This document shows, in pieces, positions 1 to 14,472 of a stretch of DNA of 64,000 nt. Position numbers and translations under genes: made by a program. The DNA is taken from contig OZ037769.1 in assembly GCA_964035545.1 (NCBI GenBank), forward strand, positions 11,128,633 through 11,192,632, read 5' to 3'. The notes under the pieces were generated by a model. The model had not been told where the DNA came from and made no database searches. It was given only the letters and a program-made list of their open reading frames with translations. Origin of the DNA: Bugula neritina. Its lineage: Eukaryota; Animalia; Bryozoa. Positions within the stretch are counted from its first letter, which is position 1. Each line of letters starts with the position of its first letter.

Positions 1-558
1 CATGTGTTTTACAATTATAATCAGCTAGATTCTTCTGCTATCATGAAAATCAAATCACCTACATGCAAACACACACACTATAAAGCACATCAACACACAG
101 CAAAACACACCAAAGCACACCAAAGCACAGTAATAACATAAAAACCCACAGCATTGTGTATGACAGTCATTAGAAAACCTAAGCTATAAAAAAACTTGTC
201 AGGTAAATATAAACCATGCATTTGTGTTTTATATATTTGTAATAATATTTATGCATCTTCCATGTTTGATGCGATTAAATATGAGAGAACGTGTCTTTTT
301 TATTCAGCTTTTTCTAAACCAGATTTAAACTCCAAATAGTCTTATACATCTACATTAAACATCAAGCAGCTATCTGATTGGCTATTGGCTTTTACAGAAG
401 AATTCTATTGGTTGTATAACTTTGTAATTAATTAATTCTCTACAAAATTCTATATCTTCCAGATGATCAGCTGAAAAACAGTGAGCTGTGATATGGAGTT
501 GTCTACCAATGGTAACAAATGACTAGAATACTAATCATATAGTCTTCTAGATTCTGAC

Positions 559-3500
559 CTTCCTAAGCCAAGTTGGAACTCTGTTAGTTCTGTCTCCTCT
601 GAAGTAAAGGTGGATCACTATCACTGCCAGGAAGGTTGAGAGAGTAATCATAATCATGTTGAGACAGTAGTATGCACCTAGAAGTACATTATAGCAATCT
701 AAACATATGCATAATATAATCATATGCTAATAGTATGTACCGAAACTTATAGAATCAAAGAAAATACGAATCCAGTTCGTGCAATTGTATGAAAAAAACT
801 TATGCTAAAAATATTGAAAAAAGCGTTGAAATCCCAAAACCAAAGTCAGATTAAATCTGATCAACTCAATGTACCAAGAGCTAAATAATCAGTTTCAAAT
901 CATGTAACCATCACTGTTTGGGCCCAGGTCTACAGCTTGCCTTATAAAAACCCTTATCAAGACCTTTTACAAGCATCATGACCACCATTGCAAGTGCTGA
1001 TATATTGTCAATAATATTGTGTAATAATATATTACAAACTTTGTTACGTAATAAGTAGTATATGAGAGTATACAAATAGCTTTTGTTACCTATGAGTGGT
1101 ATGGAAGAAGCTGCGGGTGGTGTATTTTCAGTTAGAAGTAATAGTAATAGGAAAAACGCCACAAATATATTCATTCCTAAAATAAACAAATCATAAAATA
1201 TTATAAGTTCACAAAAAGATTACGATCAGGACTAGATTACAAATTCCCCAGTGCAGAAAATTACTTTCCATATGACACTTTTCAACAACCTAATTTTGTG
1301 CATTTTATAAAAGACTGTACATCACAACTTACATGCTTGCCCTATAACTGCTTCAAGTTATTTATTCAAAAATTAGCCTTACTCCTGTTTTTTTCTTTAG
1401 TCTATGCAGGCCATACACATATTTCCTTTTTTTTTCTACACATGAACTTTTTCCACAAGTTGTTTAAGCAAACTTATCATAATATACTCAGATTTACGTA
1501 CATTTACCTTTGCCGAAACTACTATTAGCAGCTAGTTGACAAAACTAGCTAGTTGCACAATACAACCAATGGGTGGTATATTTATCTCCAATATTATGTA
1601 CAGCATTAGTTAAATAGGTAGACATTGACTAACCTAGCTGCATCTTAGCAGGGGACTCTGGAGGTAGCCAGAAGAGCACCATTGTAAGGAGAGATAGCAG
1701 GACACACGGTAATACTAATATGTAACTGTAGAAAGCCACCTACAAACCAGCAACAGCTCATTAACTGAATTTGTCACGTGGAATTCTCACATGTACAGAC
1801 AACTCCTACACAGTTATTGGGTGAGTCAGAATTGAGTTATGCCAGCAGACGGACCTGGTAGAAAGTAGAACTCATTGTCATCATCTATTACGTATACAAA
1901 ATTGAGCTCGTGGAGTAAATATGGTGTAGTTAGTTAGCTTAACCACCAGTAAGTGCGATAAATATATAGTGTATTCAGTTAACTTAAACACCATTGAGCT
2001 AAACTTACTTGTCTCCGGACAACCAAGGTGAAGGTCAAGTCAGGGTATGGCTCCTGGCAACACGGATAGTGAATCACATTTTTCCTTGCTGGATGTCCAA
2101 TCACATCCCATTCGTTACTCGCCACGTAATTGGTTAAATCTATAGCTGGAAGATCCTAAATTAGAACATGTCAGTGAAAGCTTACAGTAAGAGTTGCCTG
2201 TCCTTATGTCTGTGCAAATAAATATTGAGTATAAAAGTAACCTATTGTCAAATTGATGAAGCAATAAGACCTAATTAAAAACTATAAATAAAAGACAGTG
2301 TATATCAGCATACATTTTGAGTTGGATGTGATATAAGCCAGTTGTTGTTATGAACATCATTACCATGCCTGTTCTTTTTTAATGTAATCATAATTGGCAA
2401 TAGGCAATTGTAGAATTACGAGTACTAACTTCATAAAAATCCAAGTCAATTTTGTTCCCATCCGAAGTCCACACTCCAAACTTCAGATGGCAGATCTGGG
2501 AGTCAAAGGGGAAGTTGGTAATGTCAATAGAGCAGGAGCTTTTGAATATGGCTGGAGGTATCCACAGGACCAGTCCATCACTCTGTATCACAGCCATAGC
2601 ATTCCTTTTCTCATCTAGTCTGTCATCGGCACTGAAAAAGGTCCAATACATTCTAAAGGGTAGCATTACATTATGTGTAGGCCTACTAGTATATTATGTT
2701 GAGTAGATTACATTGCGAACCTGTATTTTGAAATCATGGAGGATATATAGTGGTGCCCGAAGCAACATCAGAAACTTAGACTGAGAACAGCTCAAGAACT
2801 TAGCTTATTATTCCATTTTACTGTAGCACATACTATTACAACAGTAGAATCTGTGCTTAGAGCACAGAAAGAGGGAGGTGGAGTAAGGAAAGATGGGGTA
2901 AGAAATGGTGGGGTAATGGGAAGATGTGGTAAGGAAAGATGGGGTAAAAGGATTTGAGAAGGTTTGACTTGCAACATTGTATTACATTCGTAGTTTATTT
3001 ACTACTTGTTATTGTACGCCTGGTGGATGAGCTAAGATTTTGGAAACAATGACCATATAACATATTGTTGTTCCTAATGAAAGAGGAAAATGTGAAGAAA
3101 ATTGAAAGTTATGCAGCAAGCATCTGGCACTAGAATTGACCCATGGGGGAAACCTTTATCAAACATTGTCTCTTTCGTGGTGATTAGACTTTTTGAATTT
3201 GTACAGATTGTACAGATAAAAGTTTGTAATAATTCGATAAAATAGCTCAGGTAAGGTTAGTTGACATCTTGAAGAAAAGTCCTATCCACAAAACTAGCAA
3301 AACTAGCTGTGACACAAGTCACATAGTTAACCAATCAATCAATCAATAATCTGTTATAAACAAATATATCTATAAAAGGTCGATAATTAGAAGTATCTAC
3401 ATACAAACAATTGAGTCAGCTGGTCGAGTCAATTAGAGAACTAAAATGCAGAACTTGTCATGCTCTTACTTCGACAACAGACAGTATATTTTCTTGCAAT

Positions 3501-6500
3501 AGAAAAAAAATATTGGTGATGGGAAGGCTCCCATAACATTTGCTGCTGTACCCCAAACACCCTGTCCTTAGCTCACTCAAGAGACCTTTGCCATCAGGGG
3601 TTCTCACAGGGATGGAGCTATACTCTAAACACACTAAGGTTTTTATTCAGTGTGAGCCCACTGATTAATACAAAGTACTAAATCGATCCTTAACTGTTTT
3701 GCATAATGTATTTTATATGAACTTTGAAGTAGCTTTCAATAAAATAGCAGAAAAAGACAATTCATTATTATTAGTTTAGTTTAAAACTTGGCAGCTAGCT
3801 GATCTCAATATCAAACTATCACTGCTCTCCCTTAATAGACCCTACGCTGTTTGCATTAACTTAGGGTTGTAGTTTCCTTGGATTAACACTGTCCCGTACA
3901 TCAAATGAACAACATATTATTCTCATGTAATTCGGAACATAGTGGATCTAACAAAAAAAGGATTTATAGTCTAGAGTCTTAACTCTAGACTCTATATTCT
4001 ATAGTAATTGGTAATGTCAACTAGGGAGAGCAAGCTGCTATCTGTTCCCCACTAAATATGTGCTGTGGTAGTAAATGGACTTAAAGAAGCTAGCAGGATA
4101 GTGAAACTAAAGACAGTATACATTTTACACTAATAAGAAGATTTTCTTTACGACTAAAATATGTGGTAGGAATAATTATAGCTGGAAATATTGCCCGAGG
4201 CATTTTGGGCAGCTCTAATCAATTCTCACTCTAGTTAGAGAGCATAGCCTTGCGTCACAGCGTAACGGCTCAATAGATCATAAATTCTATCCCAACTAAT
4301 CTAACTAAAAATAAATTAACTAAATGCTTAGAAAATGGAGGCTAGCAGATGGTGGAGACGCACTGTCACTTACTAGTTATATAATACAATGTCTGGTAAC
4401 CATATTTCCTTAGCTGGTACAGCTACAGCCTTCACTCCATCATATTCTGACTCATTCCATGTTAGTAGGTAGTCATGCCACAGCTGCAATGTATTAGCAT
4501 TAGCAGTACATTAACACGTACCTAGTAGCGAAATTTCTCAATTTTTTATGTTTGTTTAAGCTGAAGACCTAAAATTTTGGATTTAAGGTAATATATAAGC
4601 TAAAACAATATATTTTCGTAAACCTTCACTTTGCCATTTTACGGCTTAGGTGTATACTTGCTCTGTCAAGCTGTAAATTTGATTTCAATTTTACAATCAA
4701 AGTGAACTAAATAATGTGATATAACTTATAGCAAAGAAAACTAACTTTGGCCTATATTTATACGTAGACTTTGCACTTTTAAACAAGAAATTAAAAAGTG
4801 ACAGATGAGAATGCATAGACTGACAGCAATTTCTTTCCTCAGAATTTCTTCTAAAAAAAGCTATTGCAATTTAAGACTCCACTATAAGTATATGTATGCT
4901 GGTAAATATATACAAATTTTATTGTCAACCGCCATGCTGTTCGTTGGTTTTATCAATTTTCAAAGAAGTTTTTTTATATTGGTTTAACTAAATAAAAATA
5001 ATAATGTTACTGAAATATGATCAACCTACTAGACTTTACAGTAAAGTATACAAGCTTTATTTTTTATAATTTCTCTAGCTCTGTTATAGTAGCAGCAACC
5101 AAAATTGAGATGTTAATCTTTGTTTCAGGTTTATTACTCATGCACAAATTTATGTCTTACTTCGGCTGGCTCTTCAGGGTGTTCCCAACTGTGCTTCACA
5201 ATATATTATGGTAATAGCTTGTAATACTATAGTTCAAGTGTTAAGTAAACTCTTAAATTGTTATTGCAATATCAGCAGTCATCAAAATTTTTAATAGATT
5301 TAGGTTTAGAGTGCAAATTGCATTCTTATATAATTCATCTAATTTTCTCACAATTTAATATGGTTATCAGAATAGATGCAAGACGTAGACAAATCAATAG
5401 AAAAGTTGAGTACAAGTGATTGTTGACCAGGTTTAACTTCTATTTTCATCATATAATAACTCTAATGTTACTATTTATTAAAATTAGCATGAAGAAAATA
5501 ACTGCTGATCTGTTATAATTACTTATATGCCTCACTATATAACCAAGACTGCCTGTATAACAATATAAATGATTATATGCTTGCACTTGCATATAATATT
5601 CTGAGGGTAAATTTAAATGCACTTACAATTTGGAACTGAGAGTGTATATACAGTATATTTACATAATATTATTATTGCAGATGTATTATATACTTACTTA
5701 CATCACAATTGTGTAACATAATATTATTATACAGATGTATATGTACTTACATAATTTAAGTGTGTAACCTACAAATGCTATATGTAACAAGTTATATAAC
5801 AAGTATGTAAAGTACAGATGTATGTATACATACAACGTATACATATACACATGTATGTACTTACATAACGAGACCAGGTACTGATTGTCAACACTTGGTT
5901 CTTCTCGTCCAACTTCATAATCTGGATCAGTGCCAGACCAAAGTCCACTATCACCGGCTGTGAAATATTCTTAACCGGTCGGCCAACCACTCCGGCCAGT
6001 CTGTAGGTATCTATAAGGTCTTTGATTAATCTCTTCTCAGCTGACAAAGCTAAGGAACCTACCAACATTGTATTGTATTTCATTACATTGAAATAGAACG
6101 AATATTATGTAATTGCAACTAAAAATTTACATTTTTCCGTAATTATTCTAAGAAATTTTTAATTTTCTGTGGTAATGAATATTAGAAAATAAATTACAAT
6201 GAGTTGAAAGGTTTGCAGTTATGGTGATCAATAGCTCTGGTAACGGAGGACTGCATAATGTGTTGTGTAAATAAGATAATGAATGATTGAGACTTTTCCT
6301 CGGGCTTGAGCACTGCATTCACTAGCAACTCAACATAATATCTCGACACAATAACAAATAGCCACAAGAAAATAAGATGAAAAAGAATTGCATAGGGATT
6401 ATACTTATTCCTATGCATATTATTGTGATTGCTTTCCAAAACCTATAAGTGTATTATTTGTGCTACATATACAGCTGTCTATATGCTAATTCGCCATCGA

Positions 6501-9500
6501 AGAGTTTTCTTTCTTTTTTAGTTTACTTCTTTGGTCATTTAAAAGAACTGAAATTCCCCCTACACAAGCTAAAGTTGACTGAAAATCGTGAAGGTATAAA
6601 GGCAACTTAAGGCTACTATCGTACTGCTGAGAGCTTTTGCCTAATTAGATTCTTTAGAAATGAATAATATAACATAATTGGAATTGTAAAGAGGTAAAGA
6701 GGTTACTGACTTGCTGCCTCAATAGTTTGATGTAAGTACACGTTGAGTCTTTATCATCACAATAATGACTTGTTTCAGAAGTTAAATAACTAATTACGCA
6801 ATGCAACTAGTTTTGTCATTAATGTGAACTGTAAATTACACGGTGTGAAGAATACTGAATCCTGGATGATTAGGTAATCTTCAGCAGTTATCCTACTCAC
6901 AGGACAAGATCCAGAGTTTTTATAAAACTTACTTTAAGGTTATATAGAGTATAACAATATGGTAATTTTTTGTTTTGTTAGCAAGTGCAAGAAGCGTAGA
7001 AATATTACGATATGCTACTGGAAGTTAAGAGCATTGAATCTAGTCCTCTTAGTAAGAATATATTCATTTTCTTATAGCCTATATTGAGTAGTTTTAAGCA
7101 GCATTTTAAATATAAAGTCACCAGATTTTCCTTCTTATCAATTCTACAATGCTAAATGTATAGTGCAAATATTTTTTAACTTTCAGCAACAGGGCTTTTC
7201 TTCTAGAGAATGAGGATGCATAGTGCGAGACTGTAAATATTGCAAAGCAAGAGAATTCAAGGAAAATCAATGACAATCGAGTTAAAAGAACAACTACTGC
7301 ATATCAGTAGTAGACTCAAACACACATCTATGAATTCTCTAGCTTATAATAAAGTTAGTGAAAATCAATGTTAAACTTTGCTTAAATTCAAATTGATAAC
7401 CTTGAAAAATGACAGTTGAGTGGTTCTGGTTTCGAGGTGGCCCCGGCGTAACTACTGCATGCTACAAGTGACTACCACCACCAATAAACTATAATCGCTC
7501 CTGCTACGAGTGACTCATAAACTACAGTTTAATATTTGTATAGCTTTCTGCATAAATCTAGTAATTTTCAAAATCACATCAGCTCACTAAAACAAGAAAT
7601 ATAGGTCATCTAGCGTGGGTGGAGATTATAGGATATATATTTAGCATATGATTGGATTTAGAGTGCATGTATTACCACTAATCCATGTTTTCAGGAGTAT
7701 TAGTTTTTCACCTGCATATAATCAATGACCATCATTGTCATTAGAGGCTTAAACACACTCATGTCAACAGCTTGTATTCTTGTGATGGAATTGCCTGAAC
7801 AATAGTTTTGCTATGACACTGATAAAATGACATCAAGTGTATTACACAATAGATCAATTCTTCAAGTGTAGTCTGCATTTTCTTCTACTCGTCAAGCTGA
7901 AAAACTTTGAAACCTTGATTTATTTTTCCAATACTGAAAACAGTTATTTGAGAAAGTTACTGATACACTTTTTAGTAGTGACAACTTGTAATAAAAAGCT
8001 GATTGGATTAATTTGATTAGTGTGTTGATGTCAGATGTAGGATTTCAACGCTTAATTAGCAATCGCCAATGAGTACCTCAGCACCTCATCAAATGACAAA
8101 GTCATTGTGCTTTCAAGTATTTAATGTTAGACTTCTCCTTTGACAACAAAAACAAAAATGCATAAATAAGAGATCACAAAAAATATGCAGAGCTTTGAGC
8201 TGTTAGGAAGCACAGCTCACTATTATCATGTTTTACTCAATAAATAAATACTAATTAATGCAAAACTGGTTTTGTTAAAAATAACCAATTAATTTTGACA
8301 GCTAGCTAGTTATTATTTTAGTAAACCTTATATAAAGTATCACTAACCTGTTAGTAACAAGAAATACAATTTTACGTATTGCCATATGAAACAGTTCTTC
8401 ATTTTACTAAGTTATTCCCTACAATATTGTAGCTAAATTGAGAAATTGCTAGAGCTGTGAAGAAGTGCTAGTGCTGTCAAGTAAAAAGAAGCAGCTTCTG
8501 CTGCTCAGTATCAAGAACAAGTCAGTTGTAGGTAAATTTTTTACGATCAACGACTCTCAAGTGGCTAATCAATCTAATATACAGTAATTGAGTAAGATTA
8601 TAGGCAGCAAATGATTATTTGTCTATACAAGTATAAGTGCTGCTTTAGACATTGGTTTAAAAAATCTGATGTTTACTCTGACTCTAGTGTATATTTGTGT
8701 AGTATCTCTGTACCTGTACCTGATACCTGTATTGCATCTACCTGTATTTTGTATTGCATCTCAAACTTAATACTTGCAACAACTCAAAATGGGTGAGTAA
8801 ATCGAATGAAATAAGTATTTTGGTTTGTCTACAGAACAATTATATTTCAGGGTGTTTTGCCCACTTCAACAAATAAAATAGAAAGTTTGAAAATTTAGTT
8901 TGAGTCTATGATTATTATAGTAAATGCCTAATTCCCAAAGGCTAAATGCTACCCTAAGACCTGTTAGATACGGGATTATATCTCATCCCCACCGAGACTG
9001 GTGCCTGCGGGCAGACGACCAGTATCACTTAGAGAGGGAAAGTTTTTTGTTTACTATTGACTGTATGCATAAAGTTAATTTATCACCACCATCACCATAG
9101 CGTGCTGCAGTGAAATATACTCTCGATACTTCAAACTATATGGTTAGATGCACGTAAATGACTGGAGTTGCAGTTTCCAAAAGCTAATCACTTCAAAATA
9201 TATAGAAACTCTTCCTTGTTTCTATTAAGCATGCTTAGAAATATAAAAAAACATTTACAGAACTGCATCATGTATAAACTTTTCATAAGCAGAATGTTTA
9301 ACCGCCCTTCAAAGTGTGGGTGTATATATTCATTCAGCAGATAATATTAGGCATTTCCAGTTAAACTGGAGGCGTTTGATCATATTTCAAGTCTACATTG
9401 TTAGATTCAGCTTGTTTACTCAAATATTTAACACTTAGTGTACATATCAAAGTGGGTCAGCTTGCTGTTTCACAAAAATCCATAACGGCAGCATTTTGGA

Positions 9501-10127
9501 TTAAGTTTAGGAAGAGGCTAGGTGGGCAGCATTTGTCTGAAGTCACATAACATAATATATATTACATAACGTATATACTAATATATAATATACAGTAATA
9601 TATGATATGTAATAATATATTAAATACTACTATATAATATATACAACATATAATAATATAATAAGATATAATCTATAACAGCAACTAAAATTTATTTCTG
9701 GTCACTTAAGGTTTTTAAATTTTACAGTTTGGCTGTTGCAACTGAATTGGTGCATGCAAAGTTTAAAATCTAGTTCATTTGAAAAAAAATTAAATGTAAA
9801 AAGAGTCATTTAAAATTTGTATTAAGCTGAAATTTTAAACTCTAATATCAAATGTTATGCATTTTTCAGAGATATTACTAGCCAATGGAAAGCCAAGATT
9901 ATTTAAATAAGTTTCAAGTAGTTTAAGAGAAGTTTCTTTTGTATTACACGTTCTCAGTTACTTAGAAGTTGTTTACTTTCCAGATTTAGTTTATGAGCTT
10001 ACTCACCTATATCTGGGGCAGGTGCTGCCGAACTACCAATAAATGAGATAAACAACAGCAGCATAAATGCAGATGCTACTGGCCCCATTCTGAGGCAGCA
10101 TAAGCCACAGACCACCCTACTCTGCAT
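559..10127 (-). CDS. Nicotinic acetylcholine receptor alpha-type subunit (Cys-loop ligand-gated ion channel), predicted anion-selective; 3' end (M3-M4 loop, M4) lies beyond the left edge
   Basis: Phase-consistent GT-AG exons: 10127-10007 (signal peptide MQSRVVCG...MLLLFISFIGSSA), 6058-5865 (SAEKRLIKDL..GRPVKN..DEKNQVL), 4483-4374 (110 bp, WHDYLLTWN..IWLPDIVLYN), 2631-2430 (Cys-loop CSIDITNFPFDSQIC), 2155-2009 (loop C YPCCQEPY, vicinal cysteines = alpha subunit), 1739-1634 (M1, FWLPPESPAK), 1176-1090 (87 bp, M2), 677-559 (M3). Confidence 0.95.
8348..8402 (-). CDS. Candidate alternative first (signal-peptide) exon of the nAChR gene
   Basis: ATG...MKNCFIWQYVKLYFLLLT-G ending in the phase-1 donor CAG|gttagt, compatible with the phase-1 acceptor at 6058. 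Confidence 0.45.
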
Positions 10128-13100
10128 CTCCCAATCTGCTCCTCATAATTAAATAAAAACTCTTTTGCAAGTCTTACAGATTCAACTTTAAGCAATTATA
10201 GGCGACAAATTAAGGAGCACCTTCTACTTGAATGCAGCACATGTGTATAGTGCTCAATGCTGTGTGTGTGTGTCCAGTGACTGTCTTTGCTATAATAGCT
10301 TAGTGGATATACCACATATACTATCATTGATTTTGTAGCTAAATAGTTGTATCAGTTATCCAATTCTGTACATAAAGATGTTATCTAGAAAGAAGGCACA
10401 CAAGGCTAGCTTATTTAGTGCCTAGGAAGAAGGTGTAAATAAAGAATTACTAGTTCAAAGCCTATAAATAGACTTGATAGAGAAATTGTATGACAACTTT
10501 TATTGACAAAGTGGCCATCGCTATCCCAGCATTGATTATTAGCGCCAAAACTGCAAAGGCATAAAATTATAATTTCCTAAAGCTTCTTTATTACTTCATC
10601 TGATATGCAAATACAGCAGTAGATATGTCAACTCTATCTGTTTGACAAATATTTAAAAAAACACACAAGCCGTAATCTTATTAAACTGCATTATATGCTC
10701 TGTTACTTGTTCCCATCTACTTGTAGTGTATGCAAACTGCTATTTCATTAAATTACTGTAAACAGTTTAGCTGACTGCTATATAATGTCAGTGTGAAACA
10801 AAAGTCACTGGTCTAATTGCTTCATATGGAAGCTTCTAGAAAATATTACTCAGATGAGGCAGTAATTGTGCTTCCTCAAAAATTAATTTAGAATATTTTA
10901 CATTTATAGCTGCATTTGTTATACTTAACTCTATTTACTATGTTTAACTCAATTTGTTATATCTATGATCTGTATTTGAAATTATTAGATCATTAGTCAA
11001 TTACTTTTGTATAGTAGTTTTAACCACAAAGATTAGAAATGAAGCCTTGAAAATAAAATGAACAATTATGCTATGCATGATGGAAAATGGCTTGTTTGTT
11101 ATTATATATTGGTCTCTATGGTAACACAAACTATACACATTTTATAAATATATTTCTTACAACAATTTGTAAAAAATTAGCCAACACAAATGCGTCAAAT
11201 AAATTTTATTAATAATGTTTTTTGAACCAAATCTGATTGTAGCAACGGATTTTACTATTTACATCCAGCAATAATTGAAGAAAATTATTTTAAATTACTG
11301 ATATATAGAAGGTGTATAAACTTGACAAAAATGTATTAATGTGAATTGACAATACAAACTTTTGTAATATTTTTATAGCTCCTAATAATTTTATCTTATA
11401 ATAATTTTAGTAGCTTAAGTCTCCACTGGCACTTCTTAACCACTGAAAGGTTTGCCAATCAAGATTTACAGCTAGGAAAGGCAAATCTAAAGAACTGAGA
11501 ATATAAATTATCTCCGTAACTACTTGAAACTTATTTAAATAAAATGAAGCGGTACTATTTACTGAGCATAACCAGTGTGAGCCAATGCTCTTGGATGCAT
11601 GCAGGTAAAATCTACTTTTTTTTGCATTTGGTTTTATTAATCTTGAGTGAGAAACAAAATTTATAGCTACAATACCTATACAGTTTTTGAATGTTGCACT
11701 CACATTATGCTGTAGAGGCTAGTTAGCTTATAGACATGGGGCCTATAAAACATGAACGAATCTTTTCATAGAATATAGGCCGATTGTAGAAAGAGAATTA
11801 CCTGTCCCAACCTACTGCCAAATTTTAATAAATATTTATCACTTAAACAAAACCTAGACCCATAAAATATATTACCATTGAACATTGAATGAAATATAAC
11901 TATTTAGTATTGTTTCAATAAAGACTTAAACACACTGTACATCTTTAATCTTAGCAGATTAACTCACAAGTGTTACAAACTAAATATTATTATGTCGCCA
12001 ACACAACGATTAGAGCAGAAAGAAATCTAAAGAGAAGATAACTTCACACAATAAACAACTAAAATGGTTTTTGTACATCTGTGAAGTGCTAACACAAAGC
12101 AGTAGCAACAAAATTTTGAAATAAATGCTTTTTAATGAGATCCATGCAATTTAAAATTATATGAAAGAGAATCGGGCAGGAACAAAAATATGTTTTTGTA
12201 AAGTAAAGATATTTAAATAGATAAAACTGTTGCCAGCAATGTTTTCACTATTTTCATTGCAAGCCACGAATGTTAAAATTAGCATTCAACCCTTTTTTAT
12301 AGTTGTTGGCATTAATTTAAACAATAAAATATTACATCAGCATATTTACATTATAATGCATTACTACAGTAAATTAAATTGCAGTAGTGAGCAATAAACA
12401 TTGTGTTAATCTTGCTAATGGTTAGCAACATAAAATTATATACATGTTTGTAAATTACTACAGTATAGAAGCAATGGGAGCTTAGTGAGCAATAAACATT
12501 GTGTTTCACAATTATATTTTACTTACCAAAGTGTGTTATCTTGTGCCATATATATCCAACCAGAACACCAGTACAAGTATACATGCAACAAATATATATA
12601 ACGATAATGAAATATCTATATATACTCTAATATAATATATATGTACCATAATATTATATATATATATATATATATAGGTATATATATATATATATGTACT
12701 AAAATATATATGTACTAAAACATATGTGTATTATATAATATATATGTACTATAATATATATTATGTACTATAACATATGTGTATTATATAATATATGTGT
12801 ACTATAATATATATTTACTGCTTAATTATAAGCTTTCTGTTCTAAACAGAAAATCACATGTTAGTTATAACTAAGCGTTGATGTTGCAGTGTCAATATTT
12901 TATGTCCGAACTAAGATGGTGTAGCTTGATGATCCTCACAGGAATGATTCCAAAGGCTTTAATGTAATCAAACATTTGAAAATAACCTGACACGCTGTAT
13001 ACAGTTAAGAAGTTGTAGTTCAAATTTACAATCCAAATTATTGTACAACTTGCGAATAAAAATACGCAACTAGAGTTGATAGCAAAATATAAATAGTCAA

Positions 13101-13631
13101 ATATGTATATTTCCTCTAAGAGATGCCAATAGACAGAGTTTCCTCATATTTTTGTCATATAGGTTTGGGCTATATAAGAAACCAACCAAACTATTCTACT
13201 AATAGACAAAATTACTGAAAACTTTACACTATAAGATCTCAGACTTGGAGCGCCAGAATTGCTATGGGATGGAATCCGGTATATCAAATCTAGCATTTTT
13301 CAGCATAGTACGCAGTAGTATACATCACGGTTACTTAATACTGTGTATTTTTATGTAAGCTATGAAGTTTAGCTCCTCTCTAATTGTTTGGTGCCGAGAC
13401 TTGGAGTTTTGAAATAATATGTTTTAGTTTGAAGTTTGGACTGACAACTTCTCATGCCAATAGTATTTCCTAGGAGTAGCTAAACTATAAGTTAAAAAAC
13501 TACGCCTACCTGAGTTTCTAGTAACTGTTTTATTTTTATACGTATTTTCACGATGAATTGGGAAAAGAGCCATTGAATTGTTAGCATGCTGGATCATAGT
13601 GTTTGATGTATAACACTGTACTGCTGATGTT

Positions 13632-13730
13632 CACTCACTCACTCACTCACTCACTCTTTCACTCACTCTTTCACTCACTCACTCACTCACTCACTCACTC
13701 ACTCACTCACTTACTCACACACACACACAC
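13632..13730. repeat. (ACTC)n / (AC)n microsatellite
   Basis: Direct reading of tandem units. Confidence 0.9.
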
Positions 13731-13956
13731 ATACTAAAATTAATGTCTATTATTAAGGCATTACTGTTTTTACCCTACACAAATCCGTGAAAAGTGAGCT
13801 ATTATTCCAGATAATTCATAGTAGATATTATAGCTACTATAAGCATGTTAACTATTTAGCAATCAAAATAAAAAATAGTGTCTAACTGGGAAGCCTCTAT
13901 CTGGGTACTTTAGAGTCGAGAACAGACTTTAGCACGTGATATTGTACCACATGTTG

Positions 13957-14339
13957 TACAGTAGCGCACACTACAGTAGCGCACACTACAGTAGCGCACA
14001 CTACAGTAGCGCACACTACAGTAGCGCACACTACAGTAGCGCACACTACAGTAGCGCACACTACAGTAGCGCACACTACAGTAGCGCACACTACAGTAGC
14101 GCACACTACAGTAGCGCACACTACAGTAGCGCACACTACAGTAGCGCACACTACAGTAGCGCACACTACAGTAGCGCACACTACAGTAGCGCACACTACA
14201 GTAGCGCACACTACAGTAGCGCACACTACAGTAGCGCACACTACAGTAGCGCACACTACAGTAGCGCACACTACAGTAGCACACACTACAGTAGCACACA
14301 CTACAGTAGCACACACTACAGTAGCACACACTACAGTAG
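13957..14339. repeat. 15-bp minisatellite (TACAGTAGCGCACAC) x ~25.5
   Basis: Near-perfect tandem array; the last ~4 units carry a G>A variant (GCACACA). Confidence 0.97.
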
Positions 14340-14375
14340 TACAATTTACTGTAAAGCATTCAGTAGCAACTGTAC

Positions 14376-14472
14376 CTTTATTACGGAGGGAGACGCTAGA
14401 AGTGTGTGAGGTTATTACTGTCAGGAAGTAATAGCAAGTAACAACCAGCAAGCACCTGATCAAGTGCTTCAT
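14376..14472 (-). CDS. Candidate alternative first (signal-peptide) exon of the nAChR gene
   Basis: MKHLIRCLLVVTCYYFLTVITSHTSSVSLRNK-G has a basic n-region and a hydrophobic h-region; phase-1 donor AAG|gtacag. Confidence 0.5.

Noticed and set aside
6194-6439. Hydrophobic ORF as another nAChR first exon
   Set aside because: No convincing phase-1 donor before its stop.
13957-14339. CRISPR-like regular array and the ORFs (AHYSS)n and (VRYCS)n
   Set aside because: There are no unique spacers, so it is a pure 15-bp tandem repeat in a eukaryote; the ORFs are artefacts of a stop-free unit.
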